From Elainellaceae cyanobacterium (lineage in GTDB: Bacteria; Cyanobacteriota; Cyanobacteriia; CAZCXK01), in contig JBNPEG010000063.1 in assembly GCA_051117555.1 (NCBI GenBank), positions 91,245 through 145,230 on the forward strand: 53,986 nucleotides of DNA. The letters are read 5' to 3'. Both the position numbers and the translations under genes were made by a program. The notes beneath the pieces were generated by a model. That model made no database searches, had not been told where the DNA came from, and saw nothing but the letters and a program-made list of their open reading frames with translations. Shown piece after piece: positions 28,434-37,683 of the stretch. The stretch's first letter is position 1. Each line of letters begins with the position of its first letter.

Positions 28434-30452
28434 ATGTCAGCCCCTAATGAGTCTATGATTAATCAGGTTAATCCCAGCGAATCATCCAGGTCTGCTGAAA
28501 CAGCATCCACGCATCCGTCCCCTGACCAAACGGGTGGGTTTGGCTCCTCCTTTGCAGACTCTGCGATGCCCATCTATCCTGCTGAATATATTGATTTAGA
28601 GCGATTTAACGCTTTGATTGGAGATGAGCCCGCTCTGAAGTGGGTAGGTAGACCCGTCGAGGATATTCGCCGCTTATTTGTCAAGCGAGTCATCTTAGAT
28701 GATGAAACATCCGTCGATGTTGAAACGATCAAAGTTCCAGGATTTATCGGTGTGTCAGATGATTTAAACGTCATCGATCCCCACGGAGATACGGTGTCGG
28801 GACATGCTGATATTACAAAATTCTTACAACGAGACGGGTTGCTAATTTGTACCTTTCAGTGGAATAAAGAACGCTATGGCATCCCGATTGATACTCGGCA
28901 GCAAATTCCATCTGAAATATTTATCGAAGCATTCATAAAAAACGAGGCTCATCATGCCGGTGCCCTCGTACCTGCTCAACGATTTAAAGATGGAGAATTG
29001 ATTAGCTCATTCGCTGCCCTAAACGAATCAGATAGCTATCACGACGGAATGTATGGCAGAGATGGGTTTGTTGCGGTTGCTCAGCGCCTTGTTTTTCCTG
29101 ACTTTGTGTCACCCCAACAGGCCAGAGGATATATCGACTCTATTGTCTCCTGGATGGCGTTGCTCAATCCATTTGCCCAGTTCCCTCAAAACTATAACGG
29201 GGGTGATCCAACCCGCATTGGCGATCGCGCGACCCTGCGAGACTTTATGCGCAATGGCTTGCTAGCCGCATTGGGAGACCTAGACGCCGTTCGATTCTTC
29301 AAAGATCCGACGAATAAGACCTATTGTGCAGAATTCATGTACATCTGCTTAAACACTCCAGTCTATCCGTTTAATAAGCGGGGGTTAACGGCGCTACTTG
29401 ACGGAGATGAACAGAAAGCAGACCAAATTTTGGCCATTCAGCGCAGCCATAACAATCGAGAAAAAACGGTTTTAAGTGGCAAGACCGACAACGAAGAATT
29501 TGAACGGATACTGGCTCGTAATCCGGGTAATCCTGAGTTTCAAGCGTTTAATATTCCGATGCCTGTCGTGCCTGAGGATTTGCCTCCACTTGATGAGCTG
29601 TTGGCCCAGCATGGACAATCTGTAGAGCCGAATAGCTTGCCGTTGCCACCGTTTAAGATTTCACAGATTATTCGACAAGCATTTAAAACCATGTTGCCGC
29701 CCCGACAGTTTAGTGGAGATCAAGAATCGTCTCCACAACCCTCAGGATTTTGGGGTGGACTGTTGGCTTTCTTTCAAAGCATCAGGCGGGCAATTTCCAG
29801 ACCATTTCGCCGCAAGGTTGAAGCGGAAGCCACATTAGAAGGCTTTGACAAAAAATTAGCAGATGCTCAGATGCGGTTATTGACCTATATTGAGCCTGCA
29901 TTGCGCCAGCAGCTTGATCTGCAAACCTTTCCTGATGATGATCCAAAAGTTCAGGCAGTGCGCCAGTTTGTCCAGTTTGTAAGCCAGCAGCTTCAGCGTC
30001 CGTTCAAAAGTTATGCCGAATTTGATGCCGTGATTGACGGCATTATGGCGGAGGTTGATAAGCGACTGGTGGCAGCGGGCGATCGCGCCCGGTTTGTGCC
30101 GCCTCGCGTGTTTTTAGATTGGGGCCAAAATGGTGGAAATGATAATCTGCCTCAAGGCTGGGGATTTAAGCTCGAAACGGTGGGTGCGCTAGTATCGCGA
30201 CGCGTGATCAGCCCTCCTGGCGATCGCCTCCCTCTTGAATACCGAGAACTCAAACTCACCGACCCAATGCTCAAAGGAGACGATGTAAAAGTTATCCAGG
30301 GTGCACTGCTTAGAGCCGGGATTGATATTAAACCGGATGGATTTTTTGGTCCAGGCACAGACAAAGCACTCAAGCAGTTTCAAGAGCAAAACGGTTTGGA
30401 GCCTGATGGAGTCGTTACTCGCAACGTTCGGATAGCATTGGGACTGCTCTAG
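28434..30452 (+). CDS. Peptidoglycan-binding domain protein with putative permuted papain-like catalytic domain
   Basis: C-terminal GDDVKVIQGAL...DGFFGPGTDKALKQFQEQNGLEPDGVV (PG_binding_1); HHAG and YCAEF motifs. Confidence 0.75.
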   Translation: MSAPNESMINQVNPSESSRSAETASTHPSPDQTGGFGSSFADSAMPIYPAEYIDLERFNALIGDEPALKWVGRPVEDIRRLFVKRVILDDETSVDVETIKVPGFIGVSDDLNVIDPHGDTVSGHADITKFLQRDGLLICTFQWNKERYGIPIDTRQQIPSEIFIEAFIKNEAHHAGALVPAQRFKDGELISSFAALNESDSYHDGMYGRDGFVAVAQRLVFPDFVSPQQARGYIDSIVSWMALLNPFAQFPQNYNGGDPTRIGDRATLRDFMRNGLLAALGDLDAVRFFKDPTNKTYCAEFMYICLNTPVYPFNKRGLTALLDGDEQKADQILAIQRSHNNREKTVLSGKTDNEEFERILARNPGNPEFQAFNIPMPVVPEDLPPLDELLAQHGQSVEPNSLPLPPFKISQIIRQAFKTMLPPRQFSGDQESSPQPSGFWGGLLAFFQSIRRAISRPFRRKVEAEATLEGFDKKLADAQMRLLTYIEPALRQQLDLQTFPDDDPKVQAVRQFVQFVSQQLQRPFKSYAEFDAVIDGIMAEVDKRLVAAGDRARFVPPRVFLDWGQNGGNDNLPQGWGFKLETVGALVSRRVISPPGDRLPLEYRELKLTDPMLKGDDVKVIQGALLRAGIDIKPDGFFGPGTDKALKQFQEQNGLEPDGVVTRNVRIALGLL

Positions 30453-30486
30453 ACACATTCTCTCAGCTTTTTTCTTGATCAGATTT

Positions 30487-30514
30487 TCCTGATTAGAATT
30501 GCCATCCGAGTAGA
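30487..30514 (+). promoter_or_regulatory. DIF1-like promoter (TCCTGA-N17-GTAGA)
   Basis: TCCTGA (one mismatch to TCCGGA) at 30487-30492, i.e. -35 relative to the predicted sRNA start 30522. Confidence 0.5.
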
Positions 30515-30521
30515 AAGGAAT

Positions 30522-30570
30522 GGTAGATGCACCCTGATTGAGTCCCCGGCTTTCGAGCCGGGGTTTTCTT
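30522..30570 (+). ncRNA. NsiR1-like small RNA with intrinsic terminator
   Basis: 5' GGTAGATGCACCCTGA matches the recalled NsiR1 5' end; CCCCGGCT-TTCG-AGCCGGGG-TTTTCTT terminator. Confidence 0.65.
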
Positions 30571-30654
30571 ATGGCAAAGATGGGGGGCTGATTGCGCTAT
30601 TCTGATAGCGGACAGACTGTTGCCAATGTTATTCAAGGTGCAAATTTAACTAGA

Positions 30655-31425
30655 ATGCTCGCAAAACGAATTGTGCCCTGTCTAGATGTCAAAGCAGGGC
30701 GGGTAGTAAAAGGGGTCAACTTTGTCAACTTAAAAGATGCAGGCGATCCGGTTGAGCTAGCGGATGCTTATAACCAAGCTGGAGCCGACGAACTCATCTT
30801 TTTAGATATTACGGCTACCCACGAAGACCGAGACATTATTTTTGATGTGGTATACCAGACCGCCGAGCAAGTTTTCATTCCGCTGACGGTGGGAGGCGGC
30901 ATTAATTCCTTAGAAATAATTAAACGTTTGTTACGAGCAGGCGCAGATAAAGTTAGCATCAATTCTGCAGCCGTTAAAGATCCAGATTTTATCAGTGCAG
31001 CGAGCGATCGCTTTGGAGCACAATGCATCGTCGTCGCGATTGATGCACGCCGTCGGACTGATGCCAATCGTCCCGGTTGGGATGTTTACGTGAGAGGGGG
31101 ACGAGACAATACAGGTATTGATGCCATTCAGTGGGCTCAAGACGTAGAAAGACGAGGTGCTGGAGAACTGCTTGTGACAAGCATGGATGCAGATGGAACC
31201 CAGGCAGGGTATGACCTAGATCTCACTCGCACCATCGCTGAACAGGTAGAAATTCCGGTTATTGCATCCGGAGGAGCCGGGAACTGTAACCATATCTTAG
31301 ATGCGTTGACTCAGGGGAAAGCAGAAGCTGCTCTATTAGCATCATTGCTCCATTATGGGCAGCTATCGGTTGCCGAAATTAAGCACCATCTTGCCAAGCA
31401 TCATGTTCCCGTCAGACTCAGCTAA
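30655..31425 (+). CDS. hisF: Imidazole glycerol phosphate synthase subunit HisF
   Basis: [39 protein letters not shown]. Confidence 0.98.
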   Translation: MLAKRIVPCLDVKAGRVVKGVNFVNLKDAGDPVELADAYNQAGADELIFLDITATHEDRDIIFDVVYQTAEQVFIPLTVGGGINSLEIIKRLLRAGADKVSINSAAVKDPDFISAASDRFGAQCIVVAIDARRRTDANRPGWDVYVRGGRDNTGIDAIQWAQDVERRGAGELLVTSMDADGTQAGYDLDLTRTIAEQVEIPVIASGGAGNCNHILDALTQGKAEAALLASLLHYGQLSVAEIKHHLAKHHVPVRLS

Positions 31426-31471
31426 TCCGGCAGTTGCTACAGTTTGGTCTAATGCAAATCCAACCTAAGAC

Positions 31472-31571
31472 ATAGCAATGTGCAATTGAGTCAAGTATAG
31501 AAACGGTGGTGTGGGCGCGGCGCGCCCCACACTACACACCACCGTATTTAACCCAAGCGCATACCGCAATA
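31472..31571 (+). repeat. Repeat family B copy (full length)
   Basis: ATAGCAATGTGCAATTGAGTCAAGTATAGAAACGGTGGTGTGGGCGCG...TTAACCCAAGCGCATACCGCAATA. Confidence 0.8.
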
Positions 31572-31642
31572 GAGTCGAGACAGTTTCGTGAGTAAGGTGT
31601 TACGATGTGTAAAGGTTACATTTCGTTACTTCATATTAAAAA

Positions 31643-31915
31643 ATGATTTTTATACTGTTTATAGTCATCGGATTAGTAGCCTGGGCGCTGCACTTGATGC
31701 AGGAAGCCGTTGAGCATCAAGAATTTTCTCTCATGCTGGCGGGCTTCTTAGTGTCATCAGCGGCAGCGGGACTCGTTGCGGTGTATTTTTTGATGAACCA
31801 TTATGTCGGCTATATGACTGAGATGACGCAACGTTCTCAACTATATGATCAGGTTTCGGAGTACTCTTCCGTGACGTATGATGCTGAAACGTTGATGCCA
31901 GAATGGGTTGATTGA
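31643..31915 (+). CDS. Small two-TM hypothetical protein
   Basis: 90 aa; two hydrophobic segments, EFSLMLAG motif. Confidence 0.65.
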   Translation: MIFILFIVIGLVAWALHLMQEAVEHQEFSLMLAGFLVSSAAAGLVAVYFLMNHYVGYMTEMTQRSQLYDQVSEYSSVTYDAETLMPEWVD

Positions 31916-32000
31916 GATTTTTGGGTAGCGGTTTTCAGGTTGATAATGGCGGTTTTGATAGTGCGCGAAGTCTAACTAGAGAAAACAAAGAAACCTCCAA

Positions 32001-32026
32001 TTCACAAGCGATTTAGGATCGCTATA
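32001..32026 (-). repeat. Repeat family C terminal fragment
   Basis: Reverse complement TATAGCGATCCTAAATCGCTTGTGAA; 20 bp identical to 35255-35274. Confidence 0.65.
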
Positions 32027-32053
32027 GTATTCTAAAGATAATCGTCTAAAGAG

Positions 32054-32764
32054 TTATGCCGCAGAGAGAGGGAACGCGTGAGCGTGAGGCTCTCTTAGCA
32101 CATAACCAACTCCTCGAACGGTATGAATGAGCCGTCTCTCATGATTTATTTCTAATTTGCGTCGCAGGTAGCGAATATACACTTCGATAATGTTAGAGCT
32201 GCCGACATATTCGTATTGCCAGACATGTTCCAAGATTTGATCACGGGTAACCACTTGATGAGGATGCTCCATCAAATATGCCAGTAGGTCAAATTCTTTT
32301 GCGGTTAGGCTAATAGGGTCGCTTCCACGATAGACCTCTCTCGCATCTGGATGAAGAATCAAATCATCAATCCTTAAAATTTTTGTGGTTTGCATTCGCC
32401 GAACGCGTCTCAGGAGAGCTCTAACTCTAGCTGAGAGTTCTTCAGAGCTAACGGGTTTGATGATGTAGTCGTCTGCACCTGCGTCGAGACCAATAACGCG
32501 ATCGCTGATAATTTGGCTTTCGTTGAGTAAAACTATAGGAATGTTGTTGCCAGCCGACCGCAACCGCCGACAGATGTCTAATCCTGATATGTCGGGCAAT
32601 GTCCAATTAAGCAAGACCGCATCGGGTCGAGACGTGCGTAGAGCAGATAATCCTGAGAAGCCTGTCGAGACAGTTTTGACGCAAAAATTGCTTTTTTGCA
32701 GCGTTGCTTCGATTTGCTGCGCACAATCAGGCTGATTTTCAACCAATACAATGCGTGCATTCAT
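32054..32764 (-). CDS. OmpR-family response regulator with atypical receiver (Asp to Asn)
   Basis: Receiver plus winged helix (LTAKEFDLL, IHTVRGVGY); LLNWTLP where LLDW is expected. Confidence 0.9.
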   Translation of the reverse strand: MNARIVLVENQPDCAQQIEATLQKSNFCVKTVSTGFSGLSALRTSRPDAVLLNWTLPDISGLDICRRLRSAGNNIPIVLLNESQIISDRVIGLDAGADDYIIKPVSSEELSARVRALLRRVRRMQTTKILRIDDLILHPDAREVYRGSDPISLTAKEFDLLAYLMEHPHQVVTRDQILEHVWQYEYVGSSNIIEVYIRYLRRKLEINHERRLIHTVRGVGYVLREPHAHAFPLSAA

Positions 32765-32878
32765 AAGTCTGAAATAGGTAAATCGACTAAGCGGACTCAA
32801 TTCGGTGAACTCAATGATGTGCCAGAGATGCCGAGAGTTGGGGTTGGACCGGGTTCCTTAGAAATTGTGCTCGGAAAT

Positions 32879-32974
32879 TTAGTGGTGCAGAGCGACGGAT
32901 GCGATCGCCCCCCTACCCGTTTCCAACAGAGGTTTAGATAGTGTGATGCGCTGAACGTTGGTCGGGTGAGCCAT
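32879..32974 (-). pseudogene. 31-codon ORF with strong RBS, possibly a truncated alpha/beta-hydrolase start
   Basis: AAGGGGAAATCATC-ATG; MAHPTNVQRITLSKPLLETGRGAIASVALHH*. Confidence 0.3.
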
Positions 32975-33024
32975 GATGATTTCCCCTTTTGAATGAAACA
33001 TCAATCCATCGACAAAGCTATACA

Positions 33025-33040
33025 TTAACGTTTGCGTCAA
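33025..33040. promoter_or_regulatory. MerR-type palindromic operator 1
   Basis: TTAACGTTTGCGTCAA. Confidence 0.55.
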
Positions 33041-33098
33041 CGTTAGGTATTGGCTACAAAATTGGAACTATATAATGCAAATCGATTCACTTTGAACA

Positions 33099-33114
33099 TT
33101 GACGTTAACGTTAG
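33099..33114. promoter_or_regulatory. MerR-type palindromic operator 2
   Basis: TTGACGTTAACGTTAG. Confidence 0.6.
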
Positions 33115-33130
33115 TCTGCGATCAAAAAAA

Positions 33131-33523
33131 TTATCCCCCGTTAGACTTCTGATCTATCCATTCCTGAATAAGATCAATATTGGTTTGAAGGTCTGAGCGA
33201 AATCGGCTAAGTGCATCAAGCTTTTCATCCGTTTCTCGAAGATGAAACGTCAGAATCTCAAGCACTTTCCGCTTACTCGTTAAACCGGTCGGGTCTTCAC
33301 AATACAGAGGAATCACAGTCCCGATTTCTTCCAGACTCAGACCTAGCTCTTTAAGCGCCTGAATCTTCTGAAGGCGAACCAGTTCTACATCAGAATAGTA
33401 GCGAAACCCTGTTCCCTCACGTTCGCAAGGTCCGAGAAGCCCCAGGCTTTCGTAATAGCGAATCGTTCGAGGGGTTACCCCGACGCGATCTGCTAATTCC
33501 CCGATACGCATTTTTTCAATCAC
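33131..33523 (-). CDS. MerR-family transcriptional regulator
   Basis: MRIGELADRVGVTPRTIRYYESLGLL, LKELGLSLEEI. Confidence 0.93.
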   Translation of the reverse strand: MIEKMRIGELADRVGVTPRTIRYYESLGLLGPCEREGTGFRYYSDVELVRLQKIQALKELGLSLEEIGTVIPLYCEDPTGLTSKRKVLEILTFHLRETDEKLDALSRFRSDLQTNIDLIQEWIDQKSNGG

Positions 33524-33543
33524 GAGATAGTTCTATCACAACT

Positions 33544-33559
33544 TTAACGTTAACGTCAA
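33544..33559. promoter_or_regulatory. MerR-type palindromic operator 3, overlapping the merR promoter
   Basis: TTAACGTTAACGTCAA; minus strand TTGACG-N18-TAGAAC with TG extension. Confidence 0.65.
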
Positions 33560-33586
33560 ACTCTAGACCCATTCGTCTACCGCTTC

Positions 33587-33681
33587 ATAGCAATTTCCAA
33601 TTGCGTCAAGTACAGAAACGGTGGTGTGGAGCGCGCCGCGCCCTACACCACCGTACTTACCCAAGTGCATACCGCTTTATA
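33587..33681 (+). repeat. Repeat family B copy
   Basis: ATAGCAATTTCCAATTGCGTCAAGTACAGAAACGGTGGTGTGGAGCGCG...CCCAAGTGCATACCGCT. Confidence 0.8.
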
Positions 33682-33713
33682 CTTTCCTGTAGAACTCACG
33701 ACGATTTCACTAG

Positions 33714-34061
<348 letters not shown>

Positions 34062-34101
34062 CCGTCTGTCCCTACTCTAATATTCCACTCTAATAAATCC
34101 A

Positions 34102-34800
34102 CTATGCGAGTACTTTTACCCGTTCCAGAAGTCCTTCAAACAGCTTAATACCGTCTGTAAACCCTAATACGGGATCAGATGCACGTTCTGGGTGGGGCAT
34201 CATGCCCATCACATTACCCTGACGGTTGCAAATACCGGCAATGCTATCAAGAGAACCGTTAGGATTGCTTTCGTCGGTGATGTCTCCGTCTAGATTGCAG
34301 TAGCGGAAAAGAATTTGCCGATGGGCCTCTAACTCGCCTAATGTTGCCTCGTCAGCGTAGTAGCAGCCTTCTCCGTGGGCAATGGGAAGCGTGATGACTT
34401 GCTGGGGGTGATAGCGATGCGTCCATGGCAGATCGGTTCGTTCGACTCGCAAAGAGACGCGATCGCAAATGAACCGCAACTCTCGATTACGAACCAGTGC
34501 CCCTGGCAGCAGCCCCACCTCAGTCAACACTTGAAAACCATTACATATACCTAAAACCCACTTGCCTGCTTCTGCATGGCGAAGGGTGGCCTGCATCGCC
34601 GGTGAAAATCGGGCGATCGCCCCGCATCGAAGATAATCACCATAGCTAAATCCCCCTGGTAGGATGACCACGTCTAAATCAGATAAATCATCCTCTTCGT
34701 GCCAAACCATCCGAGTGGGTTGCTGAAGCAAATCGCGCGTTACCATTGCTACGTCGCGATCGCAGTTAGACCCTGGAAAAACAATCACGCCAAATTTCAT
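34102..34800 (-). CDS. purQ: FGAM synthase subunit PurQ
   Basis: [32 protein letters not shown]. Confidence 0.98.
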   Translation of the reverse strand: MKFGVIVFPGSNCDRDVAMVTRDLLQQPTRMVWHEEDDLSDLDVVILPGGFSYGDYLRCGAIARFSPAMQATLRHAEAGKWVLGICNGFQVLTEVGLLPGALVRNRELRFICDRVSLRVERTDLPWTHRYHPQQVITLPIAHGEGCYYADEATLGELEAHRQILFRYCNLDGDITDESNPNGSLDSIAGICNRQGNVMGMMPHPERASDPVLGFTDGIKLFEGLLERVKVLA

Positions 34801-34849
34801 CTTCAGTCCTCTCTAATTCCTGCAACACAGCGTCTCATCTCCTAAATTT

Positions 34850-35122
34850 CTACACTCCAGCACCTTCACGCTCGACCACCTCAAACCGATAATTCTCAAT
34901 AACCGGATTTGCGAGAAGCTGATCGCACATATGATCAAGCTGACGATGAGCGTCCTCTTGATTATCAGCACTCAGCATGAGCTCTATATATTTTCCAATT
35001 CGAACCTGGTCAACGCTGCTAAATCCCAAATGATGAAGCCCAGATTGCACTGCCGTGCCTGCCGGATCGAGCACAGACGGACGAAGCGTTACATAAATTT
35101 TTGCCTGGTAAGTTTGAGCCAC
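34850..35122 (-). CDS. purS: FGAM synthase subunit PurS
   Basis: LRPSVLDPAG, VRIGKYIEL, LLANPVIENY. Confidence 0.97.
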   Translation of the reverse strand: MAQTYQAKIYVTLRPSVLDPAGTAVQSGLHHLGFSSVDQVRIGKYIELMLSADNQEDAHRQLDHMCDQLLANPVIENYRFEVVEREGAGV

Positions 35123-35248
35123 AAGACTGCCTTCACGCCAATAACAATTTCTGTCTGATCAGATAACACCGCTATTCTAAAGTGGAATCGGGCGGTCTAG
35201 AGGATATTGGCTCTCTCTTATTCCTAGAGCGAATAATTCAGATTGATC

Positions 35249-35321
35249 TATGAAGATCCTAAATCGCTTGTGAATTGTGTATGACCGCCCCACCGCTCAC
35301 AACCCATCTAGGATTGCTATA
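35249..35321. repeat. Repeat family C MITE-like element
   Basis: GATCCTAAATCGCTTGTGA...TCACAACCCATCTAGGATTGCTATA imperfect TIRs. Confidence 0.65.
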
Positions 35322-35419
35322 GATTGGTCTAAGACGATAGTGTTCTTCCGAATCTCAACCGTGACAAGCCGGGGATAAATTTAGGAAGATTGATCTCAGT
35401 ACGATTTGATACTCATTTT

Positions 35420-35827
35420 ATGAAAGCTCAGCGCACTCGAAGCCAAGAGCGTGTGTTATCCCTCCTACGAACGCTTGACCAGGCAATTTCTGCCCAAGAT
35501 TTGTATGTAGAACTCCGTCACCACGGAAAAGCGATGGGATTGGCAACGGTTTATCGTGCCCTTGAAGCACTCAAGCTTGAAGGACTCATTCAGATGCGAA
35601 CACTGGCAAGCGGTGAAGCACTCTATAGCCTCGTGCAAGAAGATCGTCATCATTTGACCTGCTTACAGTGTGGGGCATCCATCCCTATTGATGAATGCCC
35701 CGTTCATGAACTCGAACATCAACTTAATCAGTCATATCGGTTCAAAATTTTCTATCACACGCTCGAATTTTTCGGACTATGCACTGAATGCCAGCTAGCC
35801 CAAACGACTAGTCATTCCCAGGATTAA
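35420..35827 (+). CDS. zur: Zinc uptake regulator Zur (FurB)
   Basis: MKAQRTRSQERVL, GLATVYRAL, HHLTCLQCG, IFYHTLEFFGLC..C; matches cyanobacterial Zur. Confidence 0.88.
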   Translation: MKAQRTRSQERVLSLLRTLDQAISAQDLYVELRHHGKAMGLATVYRALEALKLEGLIQMRTLASGEALYSLVQEDRHHLTCLQCGASIPIDECPVHELEHQLNQSYRFKIFYHTLEFFGLCTECQLAQTTSHSQD

Positions 35828-35863
35828 CCGCTTAAGAAACCTCGATCGAGATTTGGGACTTTA

Positions 35864-36862
35864 TTACGAATTAGTCGGGCGTTGAATATTGGAGGTCGGA
35901 GGTGCCGGATGATCTGAATCTCCAATAATGGAGCGCATCCCTTCCACTGTCCCAGGAATGCTGCGGGGATCCATGAACATAACTTTGCTGCTGCCGCTCG
36001 TGCCAATTTCAGTGCCCATGTCAATATAGTGCTGTGCCATGAGAAACTGAAGCGATTCACGCGCATAGGGATCTGACTTTAGGGTCTCTGCAATGATCTG
36101 GAGAGATTCGGCGGTTGCCTGCGCTCTCAGCACCTGTTCTTGGCGTATCGCCTGCGCTTTTAGAATAATGGCCTTTTGCTGAGCCTCGGCATCTAGAATG
36201 GCGGCTTTTTGATGAGCTTCTGCTTCAAGAATTCGCGACTCGGCTTTACCCCTGGCAGAATTAATCGCAGACTCTCGCTCCCCCTCTGATGTCAGGATTG
36301 CAGCTCGCTTGCGACGTTCTGCTGACATCTGCAATTCCATTGAGTCTTGCACGTCTTTCGAGGGAATAATGTCGCGCAGTTCAACGCGGGTCACTTTGAC
36401 TCCCCACGGGTCAGTAGCAATATCGAGTTCTCGCAGCAGCAGTTCGTTGATCTCAGAACGAGCCGTAAACGTTTCGTCAAGCTCTAATTTGCCCATTTCT
36501 GAGCGGATTTGGGTTAGCACAAGATTGACCATGGCATCGCGTAGGTTTTCAACCTTGTAGTAGGCTTTCTCCAAATCCATAATCCGCCAGTAAACAACCG
36601 CATCGACAGAGATGCCAACGTTATCGCGAGTGATGCACTTTTGGGGCGGAATATCAAGGACTCTCTCACGAATCGTTTGCTTGTAGGCGACGCGATCGAG
36701 AAATGGAACGGTGAAGTTAAGACCCGGCTCTAATTTGCGCCCGGTATAGCGACCTAATCGCTCAACCAACGCTTTATCGCCTTCATTCACAATTCGAACA
36801 GACCCAAATAAAACAGATCCTCCCAAAACGAGAAATATCAAAAAGCCCAATGGACCACCCAT
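35864..36862 (-). CDS. SPFH/band 7 (stomatin-like) protein
   Basis: [39 protein letters not shown]. Confidence 0.93.
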   Translation of the reverse strand: MGGPLGFLIFLVLGGSVLFGSVRIVNEGDKALVERLGRYTGRKLEPGLNFTVPFLDRVAYKQTIRERVLDIPPQKCITRDNVGISVDAVVYWRIMDLEKAYYKVENLRDAMVNLVLTQIRSEMGKLELDETFTARSEINELLLRELDIATDPWGVKVTRVELRDIIPSKDVQDSMELQMSAERRKRAAILTSEGERESAINSARGKAESRILEAEAHQKAAILDAEAQQKAIILKAQAIRQEQVLRAQATAESLQIIAETLKSDPYARESLQFLMAQHYIDMGTEIGTSGSSKVMFMDPRSIPGTVEGMRSIIGDSDHPAPPTSNIQRPTNS

Positions 36863-37021
36863 ACTACAACCTCCTCGGTGTCAAAGCAGAACTGTATAAA
36901 TCGTGCATAAATCGCGCAAATCGCCTTAAATAGTGGGCAGAATACGTCATCATAGCGTTTACCAAGGTTGCGATGTTTGTCAGCCCAAACCCGTCACCCG
37001 ATCCCGTTGCGATCGCCCCCA

Positions 37022-37456
37022 TCACTCCTGGAGCAAACGCTCTGGCAAGACGATCAGAGTGTTTCCTTTGCGTTGGATGACGTAAACTTTTTCATCTGGA
37101 GCGATCGCCATATTGGTATCTTCGCAGTATGCTTGCCAAGACCCCCCTTCATACAAAACACGCCCCCCTTTACCAGGCGTAATTTCAGTGAGCGCAGTCG
37201 CTTCTTTAGAATCGTTCAAGATGCGGGGCATCGTTTTAGGGACGAAGCGACGAGATAGCAAAATGAGAACGACTGACAGGGCAAGCCAAATGACAACTTG
37301 CAAGCCGAATTGAGGAACAGCCAACGCAATGAACGCAACGATGATGGCGCTTATCCCCATAATGAATTCTACGAAAGCCGTAGGAATCGTGAATTCTAGA
37401 ATACAGAGAACAACTCCTGCAATCAGCCACAAAAGGGCGGTAGAACTGAACAGCAT
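37022..37456 (-). CDS. NfeD family protein
   Basis: TM N-terminus, GRVLYEGGSWQA, KGNTLIV; upstream of the SPFH gene. Confidence 0.9.
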   Translation of the reverse strand: MLFSSTALLWLIAGVVLCILEFTIPTAFVEFIMGISAIIVAFIALAVPQFGLQVVIWLALSVVLILLSRRFVPKTMPRILNDSKEATALTEITPGKGGRVLYEGGSWQAYCEDTNMAIAPDEKVYVIQRKGNTLIVLPERLLQE

Positions 37457-37683
37457 GCTTGACGTATTTTTAGATAATCAATCAAAACGTGACGATGCTT
37501 GAACGTTGCAATGTGTGTAACGAGCGGCTCTAATCAGGCTTTAGTCAATGATGTAAGCTATGCTACACCCGCGTGTTTTGTAACATTCCTGCCCCTAATC
37601 TATCCCAGTTGTTACGAATCTGCCTGCATAATCAACCTATCTTGACATTTCATCCGACGTGAACGGTTTGATGGTTCTAGCTT

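Noticed and set aside
33131..33523. MerR gene as the CAST regulator CvkR
   Set aside because: It lies 32 kb from the CAST end, is not beside cas12k and has its own different palindrome
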